Shown piece by piece: positions 27,236-41,274 of a stretch of DNA of 64,000 bases. The notes under the pieces are model-generated. The model was not told the origin of the DNA. It saw only the letters and a list, made by a program, of their open reading frames with translations, and did not search any database. A program made the translations under genes and the position numbers. This DNA comes from Paramecium tetraurelia (taxonomy: Eukaryota), in NCBI GenBank assembly GCA_000165425.1, contig CT868018.1, positions 199,204-263,203 on the forward strand, read 5' to 3'. Numbering within the stretch: position 1 is the first letter of the stretch; each line of letters begins with the position of its first letter.

Positions 27236-30200
27236 ATGTCAGGATACTAAAGAACTTATTAACTAGTTCTATTCAGCTTCTTATGAGTATCACACATCAG
27301 AGTCTGATCTAAAAGGAGTTGAATAGTATCCTGAGATTATGAAACAAGGGTGAGATATAAGTATAAAAGATAATTATCATAGAAATGATTTGGGAAAACG
27401 CTAGAATCAAGAATTAGATATTGCTTGCTTTTTAATGGCTGTAGAAGTTGAGAGACTAGTTAGAGAGAATACGTAATTAAAATAGGAGATTCAAAATTTT
27501 ATTGACTCAGGATTAGATAGAGTGAATTACGAAATGTAAATCAGGGATTTAATGGAAAAATTGAAGAATCAAACATCGTAATATTACAAATATCCCTTTT
27601 TAGTGAAGTGAATAGCTATTCTGAAGAGCGTGAAAGACTTGTAATAATTATTAGAGAATTGGAAGATGAAATTCAGAAGATTGGAAGAACAACTCAGAGA
27701 TTATGATCCTAATTGGAGGAAGTCATAGAGAGATTTAGAATTGCAATTATAATTATAAAATAAGCTTTTTGGAGGGAAAGCACCTGAGGAGATTTCTAGG
27801 GAATTGGAAGAACTAAGAAAAAAAGCTAAGATTTTAGATGATTTGTAGAAGAAAATAGGTGCTAAAGCTCCAGGTATCTAATTTTAAGTAAGATTTTAGA
27901 TGAATTATTAAAAGAACTAGAAAATTTGAAAAAAAAGGCCTAGCAATTTGATGATATTAATAAAAAATTAAATGGTAAAAACTTTTCAGATTTAGAAAAA
28001 GAATTAGAAAAATTGAGACAAAAAGCTGATAAATTTGATGAAATTAGTAAATAATTTTCAAATCCATGTAAGTTGTACTTAATATTCATAGCTGATATAT
28101 AAAAGGAACTTGATTAATTAAAAAAAAAGGCTGCAGAATTGGATAAGATGAAATCGTAATTGAATAATTAAAATCCTGATTAACTGTTAAAGAATTTAGA
28201 TGAAAATAAAAAGTAATTGCAATCAAAAGATAGAGAAATTGGGGATTTAAAGGTTTATCTATAAATTAATATTTTAGAGACTTCTATCTGAATTGTAATA
28301 GAATTAAGGCTCATAAGATGATTAAATAAGATTTTTGTAATAGAAGATAGATGAATTAGAAGAAAAAGTGGTTGGTTTGGTTCAAGAATTATCTAGATAC
28401 AAAATGCTATTAAAGTCTAAAGAAGATGAACTCAATAAATTATAAATGTTGTTCAGAGACAATGAAACCAGGCTTGCATAAATGAATAATGAATTGCAAA
28501 GATCTAAAAATGATTTATAGAGAGCATAAGGAGATCTTTAAAAAGCCTAGGGTGATTTAAGAAAAGCTTAAACTGATTTATCAAAATCTTAATAAGAGAA
28601 TTAGAATTTGAAATAACAAACTGATGATCTTAAAAGATAGAATTAGGAATTAGCCTAGGAAAATAATAACTTGCAATAAGATTTGGAGAATTAAACTTAA
28701 AATTTAGGATAATTAGATGAAATAAAGGATTAACTCAATGATTTATAGGAGGAGAAGAATTAATTAAATGATAAGGTGTCAGATTTATAGAATGATCTAA
28801 AGGAAAAGTAGAGATTGTTCGATTAAAAGTAAAAGGAATTAGAAGATGCATTAAAAAGAGTAAAAGATTTGGAAGCTAAATTGTTAGAAATGGATCACTA
28901 TATTGATACATTGGAAGACGATTTATAAAAGTTTGAGAAAGATAATCAACAGTTAAACAGAGAAGCTGGATAAAAGTAATTGGCTGATAGAGAATTAGAA
29001 AGATTAAGAGGGTTGTTAGATCAAATGAAAAATTAGTATGATTAATAACAAAAAGAATTAGGAAAGCTTAAAAACAATCTTGATCAGATGAGAGATCTGT
29101 AAGATGAGCTTGCCTAAGCCAAATCAGAATTAGATAGAGCAAATTCTGTCATAGCATAGTAATAAGATGAATTAGCTTAGAAAGAGAATGAGATCTCTTA
29201 GTTGGTTAGAGAAGTTTAAAATTTAGAGGAATCTAATAATTAATTGTAAGATTAGAATAATAATCTGTAATAAACATTATAAGAATAATAAGCAGTAACT
29301 AATGGAAACCAGGAAGAATTGACTAAATTAAGAAGAATAGCTGAGGATTATAAGGAAAAGATCAGATAATTAGAATTAAAATTTAATGAATATTCTAATA
29401 TGGAGGAGAGACTTAAGTAATCAGATCATAGGATTGCAGTATTAATGACTGAAATAGAGAGATTGAATTCTTTAGTGAAACAAATTACTTCTGAAACTGA
29501 AGATTGGAAGTAAAAGCATTCAAGAATAGAATTAGCTCTTTTAGAGTATAGACAAATTGAGAAAACTAATCGTGATGCTGTAAATAAGAATCAATAATTT
29601 ATAAATGAAATAGAAAGATTAAAGAAACTATTAGAAGCAAAGCATATAGAATTATTATAAACTATAGAAAGATGTGACCTCTTAGAGTCTTAATAATAGA
29701 CTTTAATGAACTAAGTTTAAGATGCTTTAAAAAAGGCGGACACAGGTGATACTATTTTACTCTAATATTTATTGATTGCAGCAGAGAATGAAAGATTGAC
29801 TGGAATTCTATAACCGATTTAAGAAAAGTACAATTAATTGACAACATAAGTTAAGGAAATGACAATTAAATATACTGAATTATAAAATAAAACATTAGGA
29901 ATTGATTTGGATGAGTATGAAAGACTGAAAAAATTAATTATTGAATATGAGAATAGAATTGCTATGCTTTCACTTGAAATTTAAAGATTAAAAGCAAAAA
30001 CAAATATTCTTGATAGAAATAATGGCTCACAAGGTAATTATGGTAGTAATGATAACATCAATATATAGTATAATAGTACAATGTTCTAATCAAATGAAGA
30101 TTTGTCTAAAAAGATTACTGATTTATTGTGTTTAATTGCAATGATGTCAGCAGAATTGGATGTCTTAAGAAGTAACAACGAAAAACAAGTTTAACAATAA

Positions 30201-30314
30201 ATAGTAAATTAATATAGACAAAACAATGATGTTACTAATGTGTAAACAATTCAATCAGTTGAAACTACATCAGGCTTCTCATATCAGAGAATATCTTCAA
30301 ATAGAAAATATTGA
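27236..30314 (+). CDS. Large coiled-coil cytoskeletal-type protein; apparent frameshifts in the 5' 470 bp
   Basis: About 2.6 kb of continuous heptad-rich frame (ELEELRKKA-type repeats, EIERL motifs) ending NRKY-TGA. The 5' part needs small indels to be read through. Confidence 0.8.
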
Positions 30315-30628
30315 AAATTATTTGCATTAAAATTTTAAAATCACATATAAATCTAACAACCATGCATATCTCTTTAAACTAAAGGGATAAGTATTTTTAA
30401 ACGAACTTCAACAGACCATGGAAGATACATTTTATAATAATAATACCAATTCAATATGCATTTCGAAAGGTAGTGATAAAATGGTTTGAAAAACGGGTGA
30501 ATAAGAATATTTTAGAATCTTTGACCATTACTATAATTCTTAATTATTATTACATTATGATGAGAATAATTTCTTGCGCAACTTATTTAGATTTTCTTTT
30601 TAATTTTTTATTTTAATTTCAAATTCAA

Positions 30629-32621
30629 ATGTCCTTTCTTCAATATCCTCCTGATAAGAAAATATAGAATTACTAATTTAGCTTCAAGGCAAAAGTAGGA
30701 AAAGGAGCTTACGGAACTGTTTATGCAGGCAAGAATATGAATGACAGTAAAATCATTAATAATATTCAATTCAGATAAGATTGTAGCATTGAAAATCATC
30801 GATAAAAAAATCTTATAGACAGACTATGCCAATTAATTGATAGCATCAGAAATCGAGATCATGAAGCTGATAGAAGATAAAAATATTGTCAAATTAATTG
30901 ATGTCTTGCAAAGTGTGAACAATACATATATCATCACTGAGTATTGTGATGGAGGGGATCTAAGGGAGTATTTAAAAAAAAGAAAGTATTAAATATTATT
31001 ACAATTAGATTAATACCAGAAGTCGATGCCATTAACATATTTAGAGATCTGCTTCATGGCATCAAAGCCTTGTTAAAGATCGGTATCATTCATAGGGACA
31101 TAAAGCCAGCAAATATCATGATTCATGATGGAGAGTTTAAAATTACTGATTTTGGTTTTGCTAAACAAGTTGATTCACACATAGATGCCATTATGAATTC
31201 TTTGGTAGGGACTCCTCTTTACATGAGTCCTCAGATTTTGAAAAGACAATCATATACATCGAAATGCGACATCTGGTCACTAGGTTTAATTTTATACGAA
31301 ATGCTTTATGGGATCACCCCATGGCACTCTACAAATTTAGTTGAATTAATGGCCAAATTGGATTCCAAAGTATTTTATATTATATTATTTAAAGCCCTTA
31401 GAATTCCCCTGCTTTCCAAGGGTAAGCGATTAGACTAAGTAAATCATTCGAAGCTGTCTCTAAATAAATGAAGATAAAAGGATTTCGTGGGATGCTCTAT
31501 TTGAATTAACAAGTACATAAGATTAAATCAACATACCCAATCAAAGTATGCTCCCCATAATTTAAAAACATCCCATTCAATACTAGAGTTAATAAAACTA
31601 ATAAAATTAATAAACCAATTAAGTCTTAGAGAATATTGAAAAGGGACCACAGCAAAGAACTAAAATGAGAACTGAAAGCATGGGTAATTGTAATTTCACA
31701 AGTCGTCATAATAGAAGCTTAAGTAATGCCAATAATCACGATAAGGATAAATCAGACGAAAGATAAAAAACTAAATGCACTACTCCAAAATTATCATATC
31801 TGTAAAAAGTCACACCTCAAAGATAAACTACATCCATTACATCGGATTCTGAAAGAGATAGGAGTAATTCAATAATTAAGTTTGCGAATAAAAAACTCAG
31901 TCTCATGAAATACTTGGAAAATGCTCACACAACACCCTAGGAATAAAAAGATAATAATGAGTATAGTAAGTCTCCAAGCTATCTCTAGTCTAAGTCAACT
32001 AACACATCTAATAGACATATTATAGATTAAGAAAATTCATCAAACAAAACAAAAGTAACTGAATTTTAGATAGAAGAAAAGACGAAAGAACCCATTAATA
32101 ATATTATTAATAATGGGTATTACAATTTTAATTAGAATTCTAAATTAAAACGAACTTTTAGCAACAATTTCAAGGAAAACAGCTTATCTCCTATAAATTA
32201 AAATCAACATGGAATATCGTAGTTATTAAAATTAATATAAAATCAATACGATCTAATCCCAAGTCATTTTGCAATTAAAAAATAGGTCGAATAAATTATT
32301 AGTCAGCATCGATCAATGATTTTGTAGGCGAAAGACTTTCATTATTCCTATGAAGATGCTAAGGAATTAAAGAAGATAATTAATAGATTAATTGATTACC
32401 TAAATGAGCATCCTAATGACAATTTTGCCATTTAGTTGTCAGTGATGCTATTGCTAATTCTAAATTATAATTAAGTTGTGAATTTCTGCATATAATAAAA
32501 GTCCAGTGAGTTGTCGAAAGCACTATTAGATTTAATAAAGAAAAACTAAAGTATCTAATAAAAATAATTAATTCTGAACCCAGCATTTTTAAGAGAAAAT
32601 ATAAATAAATAACTTTTATGA
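30629..32621 (+). CDS. Ser/Thr protein kinase, ULK/ATG1-like ciliate family
   Basis: GKGAYGTV, VALK, HRDIKPAN, DFGFA, GTPLYMSPQ and DIWSLG; four introns. Confidence 0.93.
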
Positions 32622-32678
32622 CTTACTTGAGTTAATTATTATTTATTGTTTTTTTTTTGTAAAGATTATATCTCTAAA

Positions 32679-35600
32679 ATGCTATAGAATCAATAAAGCT
32701 CAACAGAACATTCAAGTATTCAAAAACTGCAATAATTCTTGCAAGGATTGAATAAGTCAATTGTTAAGTAGGGTGTTTAAGCCAATTTGTAAACAATATC
32801 AAATAATTTGGATGCTGCAGCAAATGAAATAGGGTTCTTGTTGTAATAACGAGATTTGAATGAGTTTAGTCATATTGTAAATAAATTGTCATCAGTTTGG
32901 AAAGAATTATACAAAACTGTTTATAATAGTAAATTGGTTAATGAGTTTGACAATGAGCCAAGTGATTTTCAACAAAAAATGGAATTGATATCATAGACAA
33001 AGAAGTAAATGAAGGATGGGGTAGGAGAAATTGGTTAATTGGGAGGAGTGCGAGTATCAGCTTATCAGACTCCTTAGACAAAAAATATGATGAGATAGAT
33101 GAGCAGACAATAAACTGGTTTGCCTTCCATTTCAGGATAACCTCAAACTGAATACAAGCATAAAACGAACTATGAAATTGATGATGATTAAAGGGAAATT
33201 TTGTAGGAAGTCTTGAGGTAGAGCAATAAGTTGAATATGTAAATAGTAATGAAACGATATGATCCAAAGATAACATTAATGGTAAGCTAAGGAACAGACA
33301 CCAATTTAGATATCTAGGAGGCAATAAGAGGATTTAACAAAGATTATTTAGAGATTAAATTATCAGAAATTACAAAGGAAAACTTAAAGAATTTGGAGGA
33401 AATACAAAAGGCGATGTCGGAGAAGCATGAATTTACATAGGTAGGTGAATCATCTGCAACAGAAAAGTTAAAATCAATCTACAAGACTATTTACACTAAG
33501 ACAACTGAAATGGATCAATTAATGGTTGAGGCTTCTAGATAAGAACCTTAAATTGTTTAGGATGTTTTGGATGAGTTCGTCCATCATATAACACACAATT
33601 ATAAAGACATACAATCAGAAACATTTAAGATTGTTGCTAAGTTGTTTTAGTCATTGCAGCAGAAATAAAAATAAGATGAGCTATAGAAAAGTAGAAGTCT
33701 GTAAGTTTAGTAACCTCAGCATAAAAAAGATAAGTTAAGTTCGTCTAAGAGAGGTAATCAAAGTTCAGCTGATGAATCTCAAATAAGTGAAAAAATTAGG
33801 TAGGAATTAATTGAAAAGAAAATAGAAGTGGATAAGAAGAATCAAGAAATATCTGAATTACAGAATAAAGTGAGACAAACTGAAACTTAGTATATCTAAA
33901 CAGCCTTAGAATTGGAGTCAATGAAGTTAAATGTTAGTAAGTCAGAATAAGATAAGGCACATTTAAATTATGAATTTAGGAAAATGGAAAAGCAACTTAC
34001 TACTTTTAATTCCAAGACCTTTCAAGATTAAGCCATTTAATGTACTGATATTGGATAGTAAAATTTAATTTAAAAATTACAAAAAGACAATCAATAAATT
34101 CAATAAAAAGTGTATCAACTCAAAAGTGAATTAAATAAAATAAGTCCAAGTTCAGGGAGAGAATTAAAATACTAAAATACAGAATTTTAAGATAAAAGCG
34201 ATGATTAGAACATTTAAAATTCATAGAATGGAACTCCTAGATTAACTAGTAGGTATAAATCTGCATATGATTTTGACAATTAATTGAATGAAGATGTTTA
34301 TTCAATTGATTAGAGATTAGATTCCTCTTAGTAAATGTATAAAAATAGTGAAATATCTAACAAAGAAAGATTAGATGATATGGGATTCGAGAGATCACCA
34401 ACTCATTCAAATACTATTAAAGCCGGTTAAAAAATGAAAAATAAATCTTCAGCTCAACTCGAATCAAGATAAACTAATAGTCCTAAATCTAATTCTGAAA
34501 GATCGGTTAAGGTGTCATTACAAGTAAGTTAAACGAATTTCAATCCAAAGAAAAAGAAATAAAAGTCTATTCTTAAAATAGAAGAAGAAGATTCCACTCT
34601 AAATTAATCTGCTGAATTGAAGAAACAAAAAATCAAACAGCAAGCTTTTTCTAATAAAGTCACTAGGAGATAAACTACTTTAGAAGTAGCCTCCAATGAT
34701 TTTTTCTAAAATTAAAATTCAATTAAAGATCAAGATGAAACATAAGCGGCCACTAATTTTGAAACTTAAAGGACTCAATCTGGATAAGCCATAAATAAGC
34801 CTAAAAGAATTAAGTCAGTTGATAAAAAGAATAATATAAGTGGAAGGAGAATTCAAACTGAAGGGCAGGAATAATTATAAGAAAGCGATGATAGTCAATC
34901 AGAAAATGGCAATACTAAGGTTAAGTTTTCAAGAAGCACCACTTAAAAAGATTAAAAAAAACAAACACTTAAAAAGGGCTAGTAAATGACTTAGAGTAGA
35001 AATATTCAAACAAAGAAATCTGGAGACATTTAATTTATTGAAACTGTAGAAGAAATTCCCTCTAATATTACATCTTAATAAAATTTAGATAAATATAGTT
35101 AAAGACAATAAAATACTATTGAAGAGAATGATGGGTAGATTAGGCATAAAAATGATTATTTGAAGTATAATGGAAATTCTCCAATTAAAAGATCAAGCAC
35201 TTCAGTTCCATAATAACTCCAAATGATTATCAAATTAAATGATGAGGATTAACAATAATTTACAACCTATTGGCATTAGAGTAAATATTATAAGAGTATT
35301 ATTAGGACACATTGATTAAGAAACTTAAACTGAAAATTATTTGTTGATGTAATTACTATAAAGTACAATTACTCAATTAGATCTTCCTCTGAATGTCAAA
35401 CAAAATATAGCTTAACAATTGCCAAAAAAACTAGAAACTGCTATTGCAATAGCACTGAATCAAAGTTAGATTATACATTAAACAGGGGGTTTAAGTTCAG
35501 ATAATTTGTAGTAATTTGAATACAATTCTCCTTAAAGTTCTCGATAATCATAAGAATCATTTAGATAGAAATAGTTTAGAAATTAGAGAGGTCTTGATTC

Positions 35601-36349
35601 TCAAGGAAAATAAAAATAACAAACTTTATTAGATTTGAATTAATGTGAACCTCCTCAAACAAAAACAAGTTTGGATAGCAAGATTGGTTAATTAACTTAA
35701 AAGAACTCAGTAGAATTGCCAGGGTAAGGAAATTCTGAAAATAGCGATGGAATATTGAAATCAAAAGGAGAGTTAGATAAGTAGTTCTTAAAATAATAAG
35801 AATAAGTATTAAAATTGGAAGAGTTTCTGAGATCCGAAGATGAAGAGTTGGGATATGAAGAATTAGCAAGGTAAATAATAGCAAACGAGAATGGAGGTTA
35901 ACCTTTAGAACAATTCAAACAAAATGATCTCTAATCAGAGAATTTTATGAAAAAACTCCATAATAGTATGACGAATCATAAAACAAGAGGAGCTGCTGCT
36001 ATTTAGGAAATGTTAAAACGATTCTACAAAAAGAATTCGAAGGAACAAATTACTTTCCAAGAATTCAAAGGGTTTTACTAAAAGGTTTTCTCGGCTCATA
36101 AACAATGTGGTTTTAATATTGTGTGTAGTCATTTATAAAGATTTCTAATGAAGTTAGGATTTACTTGCTCCTTGTTTTCTAAACGAAAAGTAATGATGTA
36201 ATTTATTTTAGCTATTGAAAACTTCGCTTTCAATACTTAAACCTTTCAATCCATTGCATGAAACGAAATAAAAATTAGTGAATCAATCAGCCACTAATTA
36301 GAGTTCAAGCAAATTTTAAACTAATTAACATTTTTCTGTTGATTAATGA
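32679..36349 (+). CDS. Large hypothetical coiled-coil/low-complexity protein with C-terminal HKxCG...CxHL motif
   Basis: About 3.6 kb code-6 frame with one intron near 36190; the C-terminus contains HKQCGFNIVCSHLQRF. Confidence 0.82.
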
Positions 36350-36382
36350 ATATTAATAACATTACAACTTACAAATTAATGA

Positions 36383-39300
36383 TCAATCAAAGATTACTCC
36401 TTCCTATTCATTTATCTCTTATTAAATTCTACTAAAATGAATAAATATTTATTCAAGAGAACTAGCATATAATCAAATATAACCTTTCATTAATTTAGAA
36501 ATCTTCGATGATCCCGTTTTATATTTATTTTTCAAAATATTAAAACGTTTTATAAAAGCTAAAACTTTAGTCATTTATTGAAAATGTCATAAATCCAGCT
36601 CTTTTATCATCCAATCTATTAATAGTAGGGAATTCTTTTTGAATTGAGTTTAAAATCTCCTCAACTTAATTTTCTTCCACACTACTAAACTTAACCGATA
36701 TTTAATAACCTTTACTATATTTTCTAATTATTAATTATAAACTTACTATCTTAAATATTAAGGAGTTCCTAAACATTTGAATTAACCGGCTATCAAAATA
36801 CCTATTCTTTAACTCAAACTTTCAGCCTCCTCTATAGTATGAGTAGTCATAATTGCAGAACAATTTCTCAATTAAATGTTTCTTTAGAGAGTATTAAATA
36901 AAAATCTTCTTGATATTGGATCCACACCAGTACTTGGTTCATCAAAGAATGTGATGTCACTTCCCCCAATCATAGCATCTGCAACGCACAATTTTCTTTT
37001 ATTTCCTCCACTTAACTGTCCAGCTTTAGTTTTGACAAACAAATCAAGTTACATAGTCTTGATAAAATAATCAACTGCTTATTTTAAATCATCTCCTTCT
37101 AATCCCTTAACTCTACCAAACAAGAGTAAATGTTCAATTGGGGTTAAGTTTTCCCAAATGCAATCAAATTATGGACATATTCCGACGTGTTGCATAATGT
37201 CTTAATTTCTTTATTTAGGTTCAACACCATTAATTAATGCAACACCCTATGTTGGAGTATTAATGCCAGTGAACACATTAATAAGAGTGGATTTTCCAGC
37301 TCCATTTGGACCAATAATTCCAAATATTTCTCCTTTTTTAACCCCAAAAGTCAATTTCTAAAGTGTAGGCTTATCCTTGATATATTCCTTCTCCAAATAT
37401 TTGCAAACTATAGGATCAGAGAGATTGCCTTTTTCTACTCTAACTCTCTCTTCAATAATTTCCTGTTCTAAATTCTCATTCCCTTTCTGCTTCCCCTCAT
37501 TCACAACAGTAGGCAAAATCAAGCTCTTGGATTCAATTATGTATAAAACAAGAATTTAGAAACAGATTTATGCCAATAATATCAATTAGAATACGTACGT
37601 TCTTTATATTAATTAAGGTGTAGTGTATAGATTGAGTTCATACATTTTTTCAAAATTATCTGCTAAAAATGTACAAGCTTCAAAAAATGCATAAAATGGA
37701 GAAACAAGGACGAAAAGCACTTGGAATATATAAATTAGTTGTTCTGCAATAACACTATCAAACTTTTGATAAAAAAAGTCTATAAATGCTATTAGGATGA
37801 AAGGAACACAGAAATTCACAAAAAAGCAAAACATAGAGTACAGCTTTAATGCATTCTCCAAAGTCTTAAATAGAAATCCCATTAAATAAGCAAAAAGAAT
37901 GTAGCTAAATCCAAAAAGTATATAACATGATAATCCAGCTCCGATGTATTTAAATGCAATTTCTAAATTTAGAATAGCCGATATTATGTAAAACAATGCC
38001 ACAAAGCACAGATAAATAAGGTAATCAAATATTAATGTTCCAACCCAATATGGAAATGTTCTACAGCCCATGCCTATCAAAGCTTGCTTCAAATATGTTT
38101 CTTTCTCTAATACTGGCTATGTTATGTAAACAGTAGCATTAAAGCAAAATGCTAACACACTGCAACTACTCAATAAAGATATTTTGAAAAATTCAACTGC
38201 CTCTACTAAATTATTGGGATCCATATCTGCGAAAACGTTTTTTAATATTTTATCAAAATCTACTCCAGCAACAGTTGTCATTCCTAAAATAAAAGTGAGC
38301 ATCGGAATTAGAATTGAGAAATAGTTAGTACTTGTTCTTATTACAGTATAATATCTCCTTAAAAATATTGCTAGTAATTATGAGCTTAGTTTATATTAAG
38401 GATCATTTTTAAGGCAATCTGGAATATTCTAATTGATTACTTTTTCCTCTGTGAATTCCTGAATAATTGGAAGACTATGAAAATCTTCATTTTCAACTAA
38501 ATTGCTTGTGTCCTCATCGTTTTCAGCTGGAATACCCATACTTTATTTGACATATTTAATTTCACTCTTTCTTACGTAATTCAAATGAATTTTTTCATCT
38601 TCCAATCCAATTTTAACAAAAGCATCTTCTAAAGTTTTCATCTCTAATCCAATTTTAACATTTAAGGACTCCAAATTATAAAATAAATTTCCCAGTTTTC
38701 CTTTGGAAGCAAAAGGAATATTAAATACTAATTTATTTTCATTTGAATGCTGAGTCTCTAAAAAACAATTAGGTATCATCTCATTAACTTTATCATATAT
38801 TTGATTTCTTAAATTATTGTTATCAAAAGATAATTTCAAATTATACCCTTCACCAAATTTCCTTTTAATATAATCTGATGATCCTACAGCAAGCAATTGT
38901 CCTTTTGACATTATCCCAATTCTATTGGCTAATAATTCTGCTTCATCTAAATGATGTGTAGTTAAAATAATAGTTCTTTTGTCTTCTCTAATCCTTTCCA
39001 GTATATTCCATATTGCCCTTCGAGAATAAGCATCCATACCAGATGTGGGTTCATCCAAGAATATTATTTTTGAATCTCCAACTAAACTCATTGCCAAAGA
39101 TAATTTTCTTTTCGATCCTCCAGATAACTCTGAAATCATTTTATTCTGTTCTTCGAATAACTCAGTCTTCTACAAAATTTGTATTATTTCTTCTTTATTT
39201 AATCTACCTTTGATTCCACTAATAAATTCCAAATGTTCTCTTACAGTTAGATCGTTATAAAGACAATCTTTTTAAGTGCATAATCCCAATGATTTTCTGA

Positions 39301-40581
39301 TTCTTTCCAATTATGTGTCTAGATTCATTCCATACATACTAACAGATCCAGATGTTTTTGAAATCATACCTGTCAATACACTGATTGCAGTTGTCTTACC
39401 TGCTCCATTATGTCCAAGTAAACAAAATATCTAAGATTCGTAGAGATGCAAACTAATATTATCGACAGCATTAAGATCCCCGAATTTCTTGAGAAGATTC
39501 TTTATTATTATGCTTGGAGGACTAGCCATTTTTACATCTTCATTATACATGGCAGAACTACTTTCTGAATCATTTTCATTTAATTACAAAAATACATTAG
39601 TTGACTTATCTTGAATTTTAGTTTTTTTCTGATTAGAAATGTTTAAAAAAAATAATGGATGTTTAGCAATTCCATATTCATTTGGAATAACTTATTCAAA
39701 ATATATAAATAGTATGAAATAGACTACAAGTTGAATTGCTTATTAAATGCCTGCCTATGCTGTTGAATAAGTATCACTAATGATTTCTGTTGGAAATAAA
39801 TTTAATTTTGTTAAGTCGGCTCCAATTTCTGAGTTCATAGAAGAAATGTATGAAAATGCTATTCCACATTATGGACTTATTATTGTCATGATGATGTAAA
39901 ATGCTATTTTATTGGCTACATTTTCGACAAATGAAAAATAAATAAAAAAAGTAAAGGCAATTTATAAAAATGATTACATTTCACCTGCAATTTTAACTTC
40001 ATTAAATAAACTGGATAACAGCAAATTCTAATTCATAGCCTAAACTTAGTAACAAATTTTTACTGCATATGCAAATAAAACATAAGGCCACAACATATCA
40101 CTAAATGATACATGAAATTCTTCGTCCCAATTTATACTAAAAATTGCATTGCATATCAACCAGCAGACTTCAAAGATAATCACCGACTAGAATATAGATT
40201 CAATAGCATTACTATTCCAACCCTTATGTATCCTGTCAGAATCCATCCAATCGTATATGCCTTTTCACTCATTCCCATAATCTACGGTTATTATAAGGAC
40301 TTACTTTCTAAAGTTCTTTGTACCTTTTGCTTTTCTCTTCAACTAATTTTATTAACATTGACCTCTATGTTGAAGTCAAAGCAATACTGTAGAGTAAGGG
40401 CATCAACTATTAAATAGCCTGCAATTAAGCTAAATTGAATATTGATTCTCAAGGTACCTTTTAGTGATAGCATTCCAGCCACAACAATAGGTAAAATAGA
40501 TTCTATCAAGAACTCTTTATTTCTAAGACTCACAAGCAGATTTTTTTTAATGACAAAGCCTATTTATTCGCATGTGCTCAT
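36383..40581 (-). CDS. Full-size ABC transporter, subfamily A
   Basis: Two TMD-NBD halves. NBD1 has [28 protein letters not shown] and [12 protein letters not shown]2 has [27 protein letters not shown] and [12 protein letters not shown]...IMG motifs are present. Confidence 0.96.
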
Positions 40582-41274
40582 AATTATAAAATAGACTTTT
40601 AGATTTTCTTAATTTTATTTAATATATTTAAGAATTACAATTTTTATGCCTATTTATATGATTATAATAAAAACTAGGCAAACATTTTCATTCAATCAAT
40701 TTGTTTCTCTGTTAATTCAGACTTAATTATTAGAGCAATTTTTATTAAAAAATTAAAACACAATATTAAAGAAGTCTAATATTAGAATAAAATAATTCTA
40801 ATAAATAGTATTATACCATAAATAGGTGAAAATATAATACTTAAAATGATTTAGTATAAAGTACAGTCATTGAGTTCAGCGAATATCAATTATTCATTTA
40901 TTAATGATTTTCTGTTATTTTTTGTGCAGTGATCATAAAAGAATTAGAATATTTGAAATACTTAAAAATGCCCATGGCTTTTAGAATAGATAGTATGACA
41001 TCTCGAAATTTTATATAAAATAGAATGTCCTTAAATTATTATAAAATTAGAAATTGTTTTTCCAAAATATTATTGACATCTGAGGAGAATAAATGTCCCA
41101 AATAATTAACTTAAAGTGATGATATATAGGCATAATTGGTGAATCCCTTCATTTAATATCTTTTATTGAGATAGACTATTTTGACCCGTTTATGGTTCAT
41201 TAATTATATGTAATATTATTTAAAATTTATTTCTATTTAGTTAGAACAATGATAACATATAAACTTATGGGGCA

